A stretch of DNA of 64,000 nucleotides. Source: Vermamoeba vermiformis. Taxonomy: Eukaryota. Below are positions 39,801 through 53,930 of the stretch, piece after piece. Both the position numbers and the translations under genes were made by a program. Numbering within the stretch: the stretch's first letter is position 1; every line of letters begins with the position of its first letter. The stretch is from NCBI GenBank assembly GCA_045837725.1, contig JBEWZL010000121.1, positions 186,001-250,000 on the forward strand, given 5' to 3'. The notes beneath the pieces were generated by a model. That model made no database searches, was not told the origin of the DNA, and saw only the letters and a list, made by a program, of their open reading frames with translations.

Positions 39801-42800
39801 AACACATAATTTATTTTTATATCAACCAACGGGAATTATCTGTCGTAAGTGATTGTTGCTTTACTTGCGCTCGTTCCATTCCCCAGATCAACAATATATT
39901 ATTTCAAACTTCAATACTACGGCATATAATTTCTTAAAACTTCTTCGTGTATTAACCCTCGGACAGACTCGACAGCACGTTGCCGACGCTACGCTTGAAG
40001 ATATCAGCTGAAAGATTGAGCACATTGATCAACTTGATCTTGGCTGTCGTTGATCAGTTGGAAACAGAGAAAAACAAATCAACGCCTCAGATTGTAGAAC
40101 TACCTCCTGAGCCCGTTGAGTTCAATCAAGAAGAGAGCATTGAAAAATTCACACAAAATATTATCGACATCAGTGTGCCCGAGGCCTCGAAGTAAGATCC
40201 CTCATTCATGCGTTTTATTATGTTTTGGTATTAACTGATCAATTAGCACAAATGCGGATTTGGTTCAAGAGGAATTCAAAGGCAAGGTCTTCCAAGCCGA
40301 ATTGAACATTCCTGAAGCCGTTGTAGTGCTCTACCGCCAAGAGCAGGACGCGAACGTTGACTTTGCAGTGTTGATGTTGAACGGCATTGGTCTTGAGATC
40401 TGCAAGCTCAAGTACGAGTTCACGTTGGACGCCAACCTGAATAACTTGATCATTGAAGATCTACTGCAACCGTACGGCAAGGACTACCGCTACTTGGCTC
40501 ACAGTACAACGTTGTCTGATGATTTGTTCAATAACTTCATTATGGACAAAGTTTTAGACGCAGAATCGAACTTGATTTTGATCTCGTACAGAAACGTGTC
40601 TAAGGTACGTCAGTGATTTGGGTTACGTAATGAGCTAATCAGATCTATCTAGGAATCGCCGAATTATGACAATACGGATCAATTTTTGCACTGTGAATTC
40701 AACGCTCTGTCCTTGGTTGTGAACAGACACACCGTAGCGATACTGATCAACTTCTTCTCGTCGATCACTGTGCGCAAGAAAGACGCTTTGCCCGTACAAA
40801 CAGACAACCAGACCATTATGCAAGCGAACGCTGGCAAGAAGGTTGACCCGAACCACACCACCATCAGGGTAAGATTATTTACAATTTACGTTACATCTCT
40901 TAACCCGAGACGAAATGATGGTTATAACTGATTTAATATGAAGTTGTGAAGTACACAACGAGGGATTTAACATTTTAACTGATCTCATCTTCACCTTCGC
41001 CACTGTCTTTTTACCTTAATGGCTTGTTATTAACCTTTCCGCTCAGATCACGGTGGAAATCAAGGGTATTACCCTGCTGTTGAACGGTGACGATGGAGCA
41101 GACAAAGCCTTGCCATTGGCACGTGCCGCCCTGTCTAACTCAGCGTTTGAACTGAACGTGAAAGACACTGGCTTGGCCATTGAAGGTCACCTTGGTAATT
41201 TGAACATCAAGGACTTGCGTGCCACCCCCAAGTACCCAACGATCCTCGACATCAAGGGCGATCACATGGTCGACTTCATGTTCACTATCACACCTTGCCA
41301 AGAGTTTGCAGGCATCAAGGACGAATACAATATCTACATCAAGGTCTCTAACGTTCGATTGATCTACATTGAGAGATTTGTTAGCGAGTTGATGACGTAC
41401 TTGGCCGTGTTTGGAAGCATCTTCGAAGCAACCAAACAGAAAGTCACGGAGTACTTGGGAAGCTTGTACCAAAACCCAACAAAAGGTAATTATCACGTGG
41501 CTCCAAAACTTTACGATACTAATCTTTTTGACAGTGTTCAAGTACTGCGTGGAATTGATCGCACCAACTGTTATTGTGCCTCAAAGCGCCGTCTCGCATA
41601 AAGTTTTGTTGATGGATCTTGGCAAAATATCGATTCAGAACAACTTTACTGAAATCAAGCGCTACTCGTCAATGCTTGAAGAGATTGCAATCAAGCTGAA
41701 GCATGCGAGCATTACTACTGGCTCAATGCTCAAGGAAGAAGTACATCCTACTGATGACTTGGTCGATCAAGACAACAAGATCCTCAATGATTTGATGGCT
41801 GTGCTATGCGTTGAACGTGCACTTGACCCAAAGGCTATTCAACACGAGATCCCAGATGTCCGTGTGAACATCCACATCCCGTCAATTGCCCTTACAGCCT
41901 CGCCCCAACAGCTCAAGTTTTTGCTCGATATGTGGTCTGAAAACTTATTGCAAACGCCTTCCGACCAACAAGGTAAGTCCCTTAGGTTACTAACATTGAA
42001 AACAACTCTAACTCGTGATTAGTTGCCGAAGTACGCAAAAGGAATGCCTCTAACTTGGCACAAAAGGTCCAAACTGCAGAAAAGACCGTTGCTGTCTCCG
42101 TTTGGACGACACTAGCGTTGAACATCGAGATTCCGCTCATTTCGTTGACATTGCTTGATCTTCCTCTGCATTTGAACAAAGGCAATATTCCAATGGACGC
42201 AGCACTTCCTGAACCCTTAGCGCAGTTAGAGCTTTCCTTGTTTGAGATGGTCATGAACACCACATCAGCTGAAACGATGATTGTAAGCAACCTTTATGCG
42301 GCAATTGGTAATTCAAACGTCTAATTTTTGTTCAGTTGGATGTTGACGTTAGCACGATCAAAGTGTACGACATGAGACCAAACAGCCCCGTCGTCCAGGA
42401 GTTCCAGACGTTTATCGCACCCATCACACGACACGAAGAGGCGAGCAGAAGTCAATTAGTTGTCAAGTACCTCCGCCATAGCAATGGAAAGCAAGATATT
42501 ATTGTAAGTCATGCGAAACATTTACTTCTTTGTTTCTAACTCAATCAGATCAACAATGACCGCTTCCGTGCCATTCTGATCCCTGAGGTCATTATGCGCA
42601 TGCAAGCCATTGTAATGGGTGCACAACAGCAGCTCATGGCTACGCTCGAGAAGCGCGGCAAGCTGGTGGCTTTGTTGAACCCTGAAGTCGCCCATCAAGC
42701 GGAGCTGAATGCTGCTTTGGCTAAGAACTTGACCGTGTCCGAAGCACAGAAACAAGTCGGAATGTTGATGCGACTGACGATCACGAAACCACAATTCTGC

Positions 42801-45800
42801 ATCGTTGAAGATCTGACGAAAGAGGACTCCAAAGTGTTCATCATCCACTCGAATCTTACTCTGAATATGGCTAATAGTGACAATCACATGAAGATGTCAT
42901 TGACACTTCAAGGCACAGAGATCTTCAAGACAGCCATGAACATTCGCTCAACTATTGGTGCCGTTGAGATTATGGAGCCGTTTGACACATCAATTGAGAT
43001 GAAGACTGACCCTCACAACTTCGACATCGTTGTTGACATCAAACCGTTCCGAGTCATTTTCTCGTACAATGACGTCAAGATTTTGATGAATGCAGCTCAG
43101 CAGTGGGCTGTCATGCGCGACGTCACTGCTACAGTTGAAGATACCACTTCACTGGGCTGGGATACGACGGACGAGACATCCAAATTGGGAAGTGAAGACG
43201 GACCGAGCTCCTTCAGTCTGAACTCCTCTACAATTCTTGATGAAGGCTCGGACGTGAGTGATGAAAGTGACGAATGGGAAGACCCTGCTCAAAGCGAAGT
43301 TGGTCCACTGTCTGAGGAATCAGTTACTAGTACTAGTACGAGCACTGAGCCAATTAACAACACCAATAACGCTCCCAGCACTCCTCGCCAAGTGTCTCAA
43401 CCGACCATCGTGATCGACTCGCCTTCAAAGACGGAAGAACCAAAGGACGAACCGATGTCCGCACCTTCAGCTCTTACGAAGAAGAAGGACAAGAAAGAAG
43501 AGAGGAAAGATAAGAAAGAGCGTGAAAAGGAAAAGAGCAAGCAAAAGAAAGAGCGCGAGAAGGAGAAAAAGGAAAAGAAGGAGCGTGAAAAAGAGAAGAA
43601 AGAGATCGAAAAGAAAGAGAAAATGTTGCACCGCAAGTCAAGCGAAGTCAAAAGCCAACCGTCTTCAACTCAGAACACGCCCGTGAAGAAAGAAAAAGAG
43701 CCTGATTCACAACCACTCTCCCTCGAAAAGATGAGCAAGCAGACTTCCACCGCTAGCATCGTGTCCGTTCCAAGCGAAGAGTCAATCAGTCGCGCTGGTT
43801 CGGGAACGAAGCTAGACGTTCCTCAAGGACCGGTAAAGAACCAGAAGATTGTCATATCGCCGCACTCGTTCGAGATTCTGTTCATCGATGACGTGAAAGG
43901 CATTGACATCCCTCTCTTCCGAATCTTTGTCACCAAGTGGTTTGGTCATGTGCTCGATTGGTCTGCACAACTACAACTTGCTGCGGCACTTCAAATGCAC
44001 ATCGTCTACTTCAACTCGGACTTGGACACTTGGGAACCTTTCGTAGAGCCATGGGAGGTCGAGTTCAGGAAAACTGGCATCGAGACTGAAGTCCTGAGCA
44101 GAGAACTCATGAACGTCAACATCACTAAGAACCTGATGCGCACTGTTCAAAATGCCCTGAAATCTTGGACTGCGGATTTGGGTGGCTTAGGACCAAAGAT
44201 TGAAGAGCTCCCTGAAAACACGTTAACCAAGAGCCAGAAGGAAGACTCTCTAACAACCTCCAGCTTGCATCGCAATGTTCGGTCCACGGAGTCAACCCTG
44301 AGCATTACCCGCCACGAGTTCTACATTCAAAACTTGACCGGTGTGCCCATGTCATATCGTGTTGGCAAAGACGATCCTGTCATTTTGAAAACACGAAAGA
44401 AGCAGCCAATCGTCGCTAGTGGGCGCGTAAATAGGCGAAGCAGCACACTGACCAACACGATCAACAACAGATTGTCCAAGAACAAGCGAATGGTCGTGAC
44501 GCTCAACGTTGAGGGTTACGGTGAGATCAAGAACGCTAATATTCAGAACGTGGGCACGTTTGCTGCAACGGCTGAGAATGGCAAGCGAGTATTGTACACC
44601 GTGAGCTATCACAAAGGAAGCAAGATTGTGACAGTGACCTCGCCTGTGATCGTGGAGAACAAGACTACTTATCCCATTCAAGTACTTGTGGAGATCAAAG
44701 ATTCCGACACCAAGCCCGTGGAACTGCCCACTATTCCACCCGGCAAATCAGAGCCTGTCCCCATTACGACCGTCGGCGATGCCGTGCTGCGATTCCGCCC
44801 CGTTGATGGATATCAATGGTCGCGTGTCTCTTGCTTCGTACCAAAGTTGGAAGCCTCCATTAGACAAATTCAGTGCGAACCTCGTTCCACCAAAGACAGA
44901 CCGTTCTTGTTCACGATCAATGTCGACAAGGACTTCAACCAAGAGTTGAAGGACTATCACGTGATCACCTTGACAACCCCACTCATTGTCGAGAACTTGC
45001 TCCCTGTCACAATGGAGTACAAAGTCTGTGACAAGAAGACCGGTGCTTTACTACACTTGGGCGAGCTATTGAAAGGTGCACAGACTCCAGTGCACTACTA
45101 CGAAGCTCAACAAGAGTTAGCACTGACTGTACGCATTCCCGGCTTTGACTGGAGCGAGAAGGAGCCAATTGTTTGCAACAAGTCCAAAGATCTCGCGGAT
45201 AACATTGCAGTGGACGACAAGAACAATAGGTCGCTCTATCTCTCAATTGACAATGTGTAAGTAGACTTATCGTTGATTATTATAGCAATTCTAACAACAT
45301 GATAGTGAGAGCGATGGTACGCGCAAAGTGACAATCTACTGCCCGTACTGGGTCATCAACAGAACTGGATTGCCTTTGGTCTTCGGTGAACATCGTGAAG
45401 AATTGGCCGCAGGACTGGAAGAGGATGCCACTGAGACATGGGAGTTGAGCGGAGAACCACGTGACTCGTTCTTCGAAGACTTCTTCAATGCTACTCCTCA
45501 GCTGTTCTCGCTACGTGACTCGAGCAACAAATTGCACGTGAAGATTGCAGATTCAGTGTGGTCTCGTGGCATTGGTCTGCAGAATGCCTCACACACGACT
45601 GCTTACCTGCAAATGCCTGAGAAGCGCAAAGACGGTGACCGTGACCCCGGACGGTTGTATGAACTTTCAGTCGTTGAATACAGCGCCAAGAACGACTTCT
45701 GGCGTACAAAGGTCGTGGCGTTTGCACCTCGCTTTGTGCTTTTGAACAAGATGAGCAAGACCTTGTTCCTCAAGCAAAATGGCACTATGGACGTGTTTAC

Positions 45801-48592
45801 ATTGCTGCCGAATGAGCGAGTTCCGTTCCACTGGACCAACAACAATGTCAGCGAGAAGAAGATGCAAATTCGTTTGGATCAGGGCGACTGCACATGGTCC
45901 ACTGGCTTCGCTCTCGCCGATTTTGGCTTCTTCCCAGTTCAAATGCTTGATGAAGAGACCTTTGAACCGTACATCCTTCAAGTCAAGTTCCAAATCGAGA
46001 ACGGCATCGTCTACGTGGTCTTCACTCAAGACGCCAAGAACGAAGTGTACATGATTCAGAATCAACTGGACGTGGACATTCTCGTGACACAGAAGGACTC
46101 AGGTCAAAAGCCCATCAAGTTGAGTTCCGGCAAGTCACAACCTTGGGGTTGGTTCGACCCTGACGGCACACGTCAAGTCGAAATCAAGCTACCGAACTAC
46201 CCGCACCGAATCTCGCATCACATCGACAAGATCAAAGAGCACTCCAAGACCCATAAGTACAAAGATTATGAAGGCAAGTGGAAGCGTGCCTACGTGCGCA
46301 TCAAAGCCGTCAATGGCACGCGTATCTTGCAAGTGCGAGTTTACCGCAAGAAGGTGCAGATACGCAAAGACAAGCTCAAAGAGGAAGAAAAAGAAACAAA
46401 CAAGTTCATCGTCAACTTGAAGGGCGTGGGTCTGTCGATGATCAACGAGAAGCCTGAAGAGTTGTTGTACCTGACGATGGAGGGCATTCGCGTCGAGTTC
46501 CTAACATTCCCTTCGAAGAGCTCCATAGAAGTCAACATTAAGGACTGCCAGATCGACAACCAGATCGTCACGACTTACCATCCAGTCATGCTCTACTCGC
46601 CTTCTGAGTCCCCACCACAGTTCTTTAAGTTCACTTTCATCAAGAACACTCGACGTAAGTTGAAACTTTCATTCAATTAAGTTGCAATGGCAATTTCGAT
46701 TTCTCGATATACCAAGAATAGTAATTTTTGTATGACACGGCTAATTGTTCCTATATAGATACGCACTTGACTTACATCGAGTACTTCTCGATATTGCTGC
46801 GCGAAGTGAACATAAGTGTCGACGAAGAGCTCGTACTGAAGATGCTCTCGTTCGTTGACGTGTTGATCGAAGGCTTGCAAGAGAAGAGCCCAAGCGAGAT
46901 TGAAGAAGTGTAAGTAGATCTGGTCAATTGAATGAGCCATTGAACGAGTGATTAATCGATTTACCCTCAGAAAACCATTGGAGAGTTCGATTACGGAGAC
47001 TTCGTACGCAGAAATGATCTACACAGAATTGTTCCATTTGAACCCTATCAAGCTTAACTTCACCTTCACGGCCATTAAAGGTGATGACGAAGAAAGCAAG
47101 CAAAATAAGTACGTTAATCCCATGATTTATTTTTAGTTTTTTGAAATGAGGTTATTTTTGGTGTGCGGATGAACCCTTGATGCTAATTTTGCATTTCATA
47201 CGTAGGAACAATATCGCACGAATTATTCTGAAAATTCCAGACAAGTTGATTCCTAACGTCGACAATGCTCCGCTCAACTTAAATGGTAAGTTTTTATCCC
47301 TAGCAATATAACTTAAACTCATATTAATTATTCCCATACTAATAGCATTGCTCATGTCGCATTCGTTCATTACCAAACAAGAGTTGACCGCGCGACTCGC
47401 GGAACATTATCGCACTAAATTTATGCGCCAATTGTACAAAATTTTGGGCTCGTTTGACGCGCTGGGTAATCCCGTCAGCTTCGTCAAGAATATGGGCGCT
47501 GGTGTGCATGACTTGTTCTACGAGCCCGCGAAGGGCATGACTGTTAGTGCCAAGGAGTTCGGCAAAGGCCTTGGTAGAGTAAGTACAACCCTCCGTCCGT
47601 GGAAATTTCACACGTTTTTGAAATCAGATCAGATCGTGAAATTCGCGTTAGAAATTTTTCCGTGGAACTGATCTAATCGATAAAATTAGGGTGCGGCTAG
47701 TCTGGTCAAGAAGTCTGTCTACGCCATCTTCAACAGTGCCTCGAAGATTACTGGCAGCATTTCAAAGGGTGTGGCCATTCTGTCTATGGACAATGAATAT
47801 CAGCAGAAACGACAAGTTGAAAAGTTCCGTCAACGACCTCGTAATGCGATTGAAGGCCTCGGCTACGGCTTGAAAGATCTAGGCACAGGCCTTATTAAGG
47901 GACTTTACGGCCTCGTGGTAAGTTCGCACAATCCACGTGTACGCCGTTCATGAAACTCATGGTACTTTTTCTAGGAACAACCGGTGAAGGGTGGCATGGC
48001 TGAAGGTGCCAAGGGAGTGTTCAAAGGCATCGGACGAGGCTTTGTCGGTGTCGTTATTAAGCCCACAGTCGGTGGCATTGACTTTGTTCAGCGCACCATG
48101 GAAGGAGTCAAAAACACGACGACAATGGACGAGAAAGTTGCAACGAGAAAACGACCGCCGCGCTACTTGAATTCGAGCACAAAACTGCGCGTCTATTCAG
48201 CCTATGAAGCACAAGGTCAAGACATGTTGCACTCGTTGGGCAGCACGGGCGAGTATTGGGACCACATCTACTGGTACCACGAAGAATTTGATCGTAAACG
48301 CGTCTTGTTGGTCTCAGACAAGGCCATATTTATTATCAAAAAGAAGAAGCTTGAGTGGCGCCACAGCTTTGCCAATTTGACTAACGTGGAGCGCGGACCA
48401 GAGACAAATCAAATCACGTTGACAGTCAGCAAGAAATCGCTGTTAGAATCATCGCCTGACAAGACTGTCAACTGCCAATCGGAAGAACAGGCGAACAAGG
48501 TGTACAAAACTCTCATGGATCTGTGGGAGAAGTTCAAACACATGCAAGAGCAGAACGCACTAAGCATTGAGAACAACACCAATAAGAAATAA
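36819..48592 (+). CDS. VPS13: VPS13 bridge-like lipid transfer protein, complete, multi-exon
   Basis: Chorein-N MLESIASAILSKVLGDYV...GKLHLLIPW and IHIRYED; WEPFVEPW; VAB repeats (ENLLP, YCPYWVINRTGLPL, PRFVLLN); GVGLSMIN; ATG2_C-like LGNPVSF...FYEP...KPTVG; RKRPPR followed by a PH-like domain. Confidence 0.95.
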
Positions 48593-48637
48593 GCATCGGA
48601 AATTTTGCGCAACAAAAAACTACTTGTAATAAATATT

Positions 48638-51629
48638 CTATTTTCGTTTTTTAAACAATCGATGGAACGCACTACGGCCCATGGACTGATAGCCTTCAAC
48701 GTGACTGTCCATCAACACAACTTCTTCCTCGCTGAAGTCGTAGTCAGTCTTGCGTGCTTGATCCAGTCTGTACACAGGCACTTTGCGCGTGTGTTTGTAT
48801 GCCGTGACCATGAAGAACCCTAGCAAGACTGCAGCCAACAGTACAACAGCCCCAGCTATTTGCAGCACAACGGTAAAACCACCTAAAGAGCCACGTTAGT
48901 AAACAACATTAATGAGGCCTGAAAGCATGCTTACTATATTTACAATAAGGCCCAAACCACAAGCCCGTGCAGAAACAAACTCCGTCGTTACACTTTCCGT
49001 GGCCGTGACAATCAAAGGGACACAAACACTTTGCTGTCTCTTCGCTGCACAGTCCTTCACATGCCTGGCCACCGACGTGCATCTGTTTGAAGCACCAAAA
49101 TACTTCACCAACAGCTGTCTCGTTGTTGTTTGCACAATAGCGCCCATTTGGTCGCCGGTCACACGTCGCCATCTACTCAAAAAAATGGTGAGAACTATTG
49201 TTTTAACAGCTAGCAAGGTTCGCGTACCTGTTTGTCTTGACAATTGTAACCAGCCCAGCCAATGTCACACTGACACACGCCACCCAGACACGTGCCGTGA
49301 CCTGAACAGTTGTTCTCGCGGTTGCAAATACACTTTCCATTCCGACACCCCTCCGCACAGGTAGTTGCATTGACCGCTGTATGATGAACGCACGTCACTA
49401 CTTGGTTGCCCTCGCACACCCTGACTGGGGCTGTGTTATTGACAAAACTACACGCGCTGATGGGTTCTTGACACGTGTCACCGCGAAATCCTAACGGACA
49501 CTCCGAGTAACCTTTTGCACACTTGCAGCTGCCGTCAATCGATGAGCCATTCGGACCGCAATCCATATTACATCTGTCAAAGATTATTAGTCACAGCTCT
49601 CTTAATAGTGCTGCAATCTGCTTACTGTGACACTCTTCCTTCCGTCACACAGCCAGCAGAGCAAAACATTTTTGTGGACGTCTTGTAGCCGCTGGCAGTA
49701 AGGTTAGTGCGGTACCAATATGGCACGTTTGCCTTATGTTACGTACATGCATTGCACGGCTGTATAATTATTCACGCACAGTGTTCCTTCATTGATACCG
49801 GCAACAGTGCATGGATCCGGTGAACAATCGGCGGTGAGACCCACTGCATTACAATTGAGTACACTGCTAACACAGCCACAATGAACTATTACCTCGATCG
49901 CAATAACACGTGCCTTGACTGCATGTGCCAGCACCGCTACATTCGAGGCCATTTGGACCAATAGGACACGAGCACCGATCATCGCCGCTATAACCGTTTG
50001 ACAGACAGCCACTGCCACGAGAGTTAATGCGTTGTGCTGTGCTTGAATGGACTTACTATTGGCAGTTTATTTGTTGTTGAACGTAACTGCCGCTGCACGT
50101 GACGAGCGTACTTTCATTAATGCAGCGCGTGTGGTAACCACCTGCCAATAAGAACAAAACGAGTTAGTTGCTATTGAAAATTCGAATAAAAAGCATCCTT
50201 CAAACGTACTCTCCCCATGACATACTCCATAGGATAAAATCTATATAATAGTGTTAGTTGCTGTGCTCCAGTGTATCGTTAATCCAAAAAGGCCCAGATC
50301 TTACCTGCAAGGTCCAACAATGAGGTCCTTTCCACTGACCGTTGCATGAACACGAGCCATCAGACAAACAATACGAATACTTATCGTGCGAACTATCGCA
50401 AGCACATTGGCACTGCGAGTAGCCGTAGTCAGTGACACATGTTGTGCTGCAGTTTGTGACCGTGATAGAATAGTCAATTGACGAGCAATAGACGCGTTGA
50501 TTGCTGTTAATATAGAAGGTGTCACCTATAGTCCACTGACATGGTACATAGTGTTACAACTTACCCTTGGCAGGAATAACCATATTTGTCTGGATCATTG
50601 TAGCACGGACTTGCGTACTCGCAATTGTGGCCAGAATAGCCCAGGTCGCAACTACAAATGCCTTGACTATTGCACACTCCATGCATTTTGCACCTAGTTG
50701 AACAATCACACTCACCAGTCGAGTACTTGCAGCCGTAGGGACAATTGACTATGCCATACAAATTCGTGCCAGAACACATCGCCGATGCCGTAGCATTTAT
50801 ACAAACAGCCATATTTGAACCACTTTTGCACGGGTTAATAATGCTGCAGTCAGAGCCTGTACGACCTACAGGGCACCGACAGCTGCCGTAGGTATCGCAC
50901 GTGAAGCCTATGCACTTGTCAGCATTGAAAGATCGATAGAGTCTAGAATTAGAGGTCATTACCTGAGCAATTATTCGGGCAATTACACCCTAAAGATGAG
51001 CAGCCAAGTGTACAACCGAATTGATACGTCCTGTTTGATAGGACAGGTTAGAAAATGATAGGTGAAGGCAGATCTAGACCTTGATACTTACGCCTGTCGA
51101 TTGACGCAATCTACGTACGTGCTGTTAATACAATAGTACCCATTAGTGAGGTCCGCACAAACTGATCTTGTGCTGCAATCGGCGCCTGTGTAGCCTGCAC
51201 AGAAGAAAATGTCAGATCGTCTGTCTGACGTTTATAGGTAAAACTAGACTATACTTACCAAGAGGACAGCTACATTGACCACTACTGCACGTTCCTATGC
51301 CGCTACAATTATTTAAACAGCCACAGTCTGCGAGATCTGCCCTTTTCTGCACACAACCGAATTGACCTAAATAATCGCGTAAATATTCGATATTCTTACT
51401 ATTATTAATAACGATAATATTTTCGGCTGTTATAAGCGTATATCTGACACGTACATGAAATTGGATAATCCTTCCAGCTACTGCATGCTATCAATGTGGT
51501 AGTATTTGCACAAAGTGAGCCACTATCTCTTCCATAACATAAATTTTTCTTATAACAGTTATTCTCTGTTGATACGACAGCGAAGAAAACCAATGCAAGG
51601 AAGATCCACCGAATTGCTGCCATTATCAT
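48638..51629 (-). CDS. Type I membrane protein with many EGF/tenascin-like Cys repeats, multi-exon
   Basis: Signal peptide MAAIRWIFLALVFFAVVS; repeats such as NCSGHGTCLGGVCQCDIGWAGYNC and DCHGHGKCNDGVCFCTGLWFGPYC; TM IAGAVVLLAAVLLGFFMV; short tail. Confidence 0.85.
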
Positions 51630-51819
51630 TAATCAAACACTGGTAACGTTGTAATCATCATCGACATAGCTCGCACATGTATGCTTGTATTACAAATAAA
51701 AATGGTGGAAAGAATGACGGCACGAGGAACATTCAATCGACATTGTTGTCTTGCGAAATTGCGTATTGAAAACAACTAAACACCTTTAAACAAGCACCTC
51801 AAATCCTTGAGGCATATTG

Positions 51820-52750
51820 GGAGATTAACAACGAGGCGTGGTATTTTTAGGAGTGTCGGCTTGGATGGATTGGCCTCCAGGAGTAACGAAGGATGTAGCC
51901 GTTAAAGTCTATCTTAAGAGCTTATCCCCGAGCTACCTCCGTATACTGTCCTGGAAGAAAAAAGCCATCCATGGTCCCAGATTATACCAGCCGAAAAGAA
52001 GATCTCAGCAAAATGCAGGTACATTTACGTTTTAGGTGAAATAATATGCTTAAAAGAATTAATCTTCAATTTTGCCAATATTTTCGTTCAAGAATGAGGC
52101 ACGCTGCAATTCTGTTTAATCGAATTCAATCTGTTAGAAAACTCGTGCAATTTAAAAAATGGAACGCATTCACATCTTGAAATTTAACACTCGCAAATAA
52201 TGTACATTTAATATCGTAGACTCAATTCATATTTTCGACTTTTGTTTGCTGATTCATGATCTGCGTACTCGGTCAGTGATTCTCACACACAAATTAATAC
52301 GGCCCTAGAACACTGCTTGCAATATTCCATATCCCAAGCGGTTCACGAAAATCATGCAGTTTTCTGAGGATCTCGAACAAGATCTGTGTTGCTACGAACA
52401 GCAAGCACAGATCGACTTTCTAACGCGTTTCAGCACTGCCCTAAGAACGTCACGTAAGTATATAATGCCATTATGCGCTCAAACCCAGGAAAGATTGGAT
52501 TACCCGCTTAGTATACGGATTTATTTCACGTTCACGCCATTGCAAGAAGCATGAAATTGTTCGAGTTTGTTCCGATTGAACGATGGGAAATTCATAGGGT
52601 TGCCATAAGACTGTGCGATATATACTATGATGCAATCTCCTTCATGTTCGAAAGTACGAAGCACTCCAACGCCAACTGGAGTGTGGCCCATCAAGAAATC
52701 ATCGATGATCAGCCGTTTGAACTTGAACTTAGCCGGTTAGTTGCGGGTTA
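51820..52750 (+). pseudogene. Possible highly decayed protein kinase relic
   Basis: Fragments across frames resemble kinase subdomains in order: RGIFRSVG..W..KDVAVK, HEN/IMQF, RLDYPLSIRI, AIRLCD. There is no continuous frame. Confidence 0.3.
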
Positions 52751-53194
52751 GACTAGGCCAACAAGTCTGTACTACCATGCGTCCTGGCCAAAAGGCTTAA
52801 ATTAGCTGACAAGGTTACAGGTGTCAATTACTGTTGACAAGCTCAGGAGGATCCCTTCGCCGACCATGTAAGGGTGTAACAAAGGAACAATACGCAGCAA
52901 TTGAATATTTCACGTTTGTCACGTAATTTCAAGATAGCCACGATGGGATAATAGCTAATTAACGTTAAATTGAGGCAGACCAAAAGAGTAAAATTTCACA
53001 GCCGGAAATTTCGTGGGGGAATTTCACTCATTTTGCACCAGACATAAAAAGCGAATTTTGTGCTCTTTTGATTCATTATCTTGTTCGATAGAACACGGTT
53101 GAAAGCAATTTTCCACTGATCCTTTGCGTTGCTACGACGTTTAGCTGCTTAGGACTCTTCTCATAGCAAATCAACTGCAAAAACAGAAGCAAAC

Positions 53195-53930
53195 ATGCAA
53201 TCTGCAAGATTCGAAGAGGACTACGACTTGCCTCCTCTTATTCACGTTAACAACACAAAAGAACCCCGAAGCGACAAATACAGTTGCATAAAGGGCACAT
53301 CTCCCCGTCGTGTAATCATCAGAACGCGAGTGGAGCGATCACCAAAGACATCTCCTACAAACTCAAACCCAACAAGTCCGAGGTCAGAAATTCCTTCTGC
53401 CGCCGACGTAATCTGTAAATACCAATCAATTTTGAATTCCAATGAGCGCTCACGCCTTCAATATGTGTAAATAATGTAAATAAATCCGAATGTACAGTAA
53501 TTAACCAAACTTCGGCTTTCCTTACTATGGGCATGGCATGCTTGAATACATGCTTCGCGGGGCTAATACTCCTGCTCGATTTCAAAGTCATGCAAACATA
53601 ATTTCCGGCCATCCACACAACTCGATCAAAATTTGGAACTCTCGTTTAACGATTTTATTTACGTGCCTAACTTGTTCTATAGCACCTGCAGTAGTTTAGG
53701 AGTGATAAGTTCGCCGTGCAAGGCACCGAATCATTTCTTATGGGCTATTTCCCAAGCAGATCAGCGTGCCGGCCGATAGTACGACGATTTTGGCCAAGGG
53801 CTAGAACCATCCTCGCTGATGAACTGCCGATATCCCTTCGCAGTTTCGCCATTAATCACACCAGTGCGGTGCAAAGTAAGACGGAGTTGACTGAACGAAA
53901 ATTGGCCGAGATGCGACAAGAAATAATATA
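53195..53930 (+). CDS. Hypothetical Ser/Pro-rich protein or pseudogene (probably two exons)
   Basis: 91-aa ORF with repeated SP motifs after an A-rich start context; probable intron to about 53681; the downstream frame contains stops. Confidence 0.3.

Noticed and set aside
43397-43651. Antisense Phe/Ser-rich ORF and other antisense ORFs over VPS13, the ATPase and the kinases
   Set aside because: Shadow frames of biased coding sequence on the opposite strand.
47585-47670. MITE-like element in a VPS13 intron (ccgtggaa direct repeat, aatttcac/gtgaaatt inverted repeat)
   Set aside because: The repeats are too short and no convincing second copy is present in the window.
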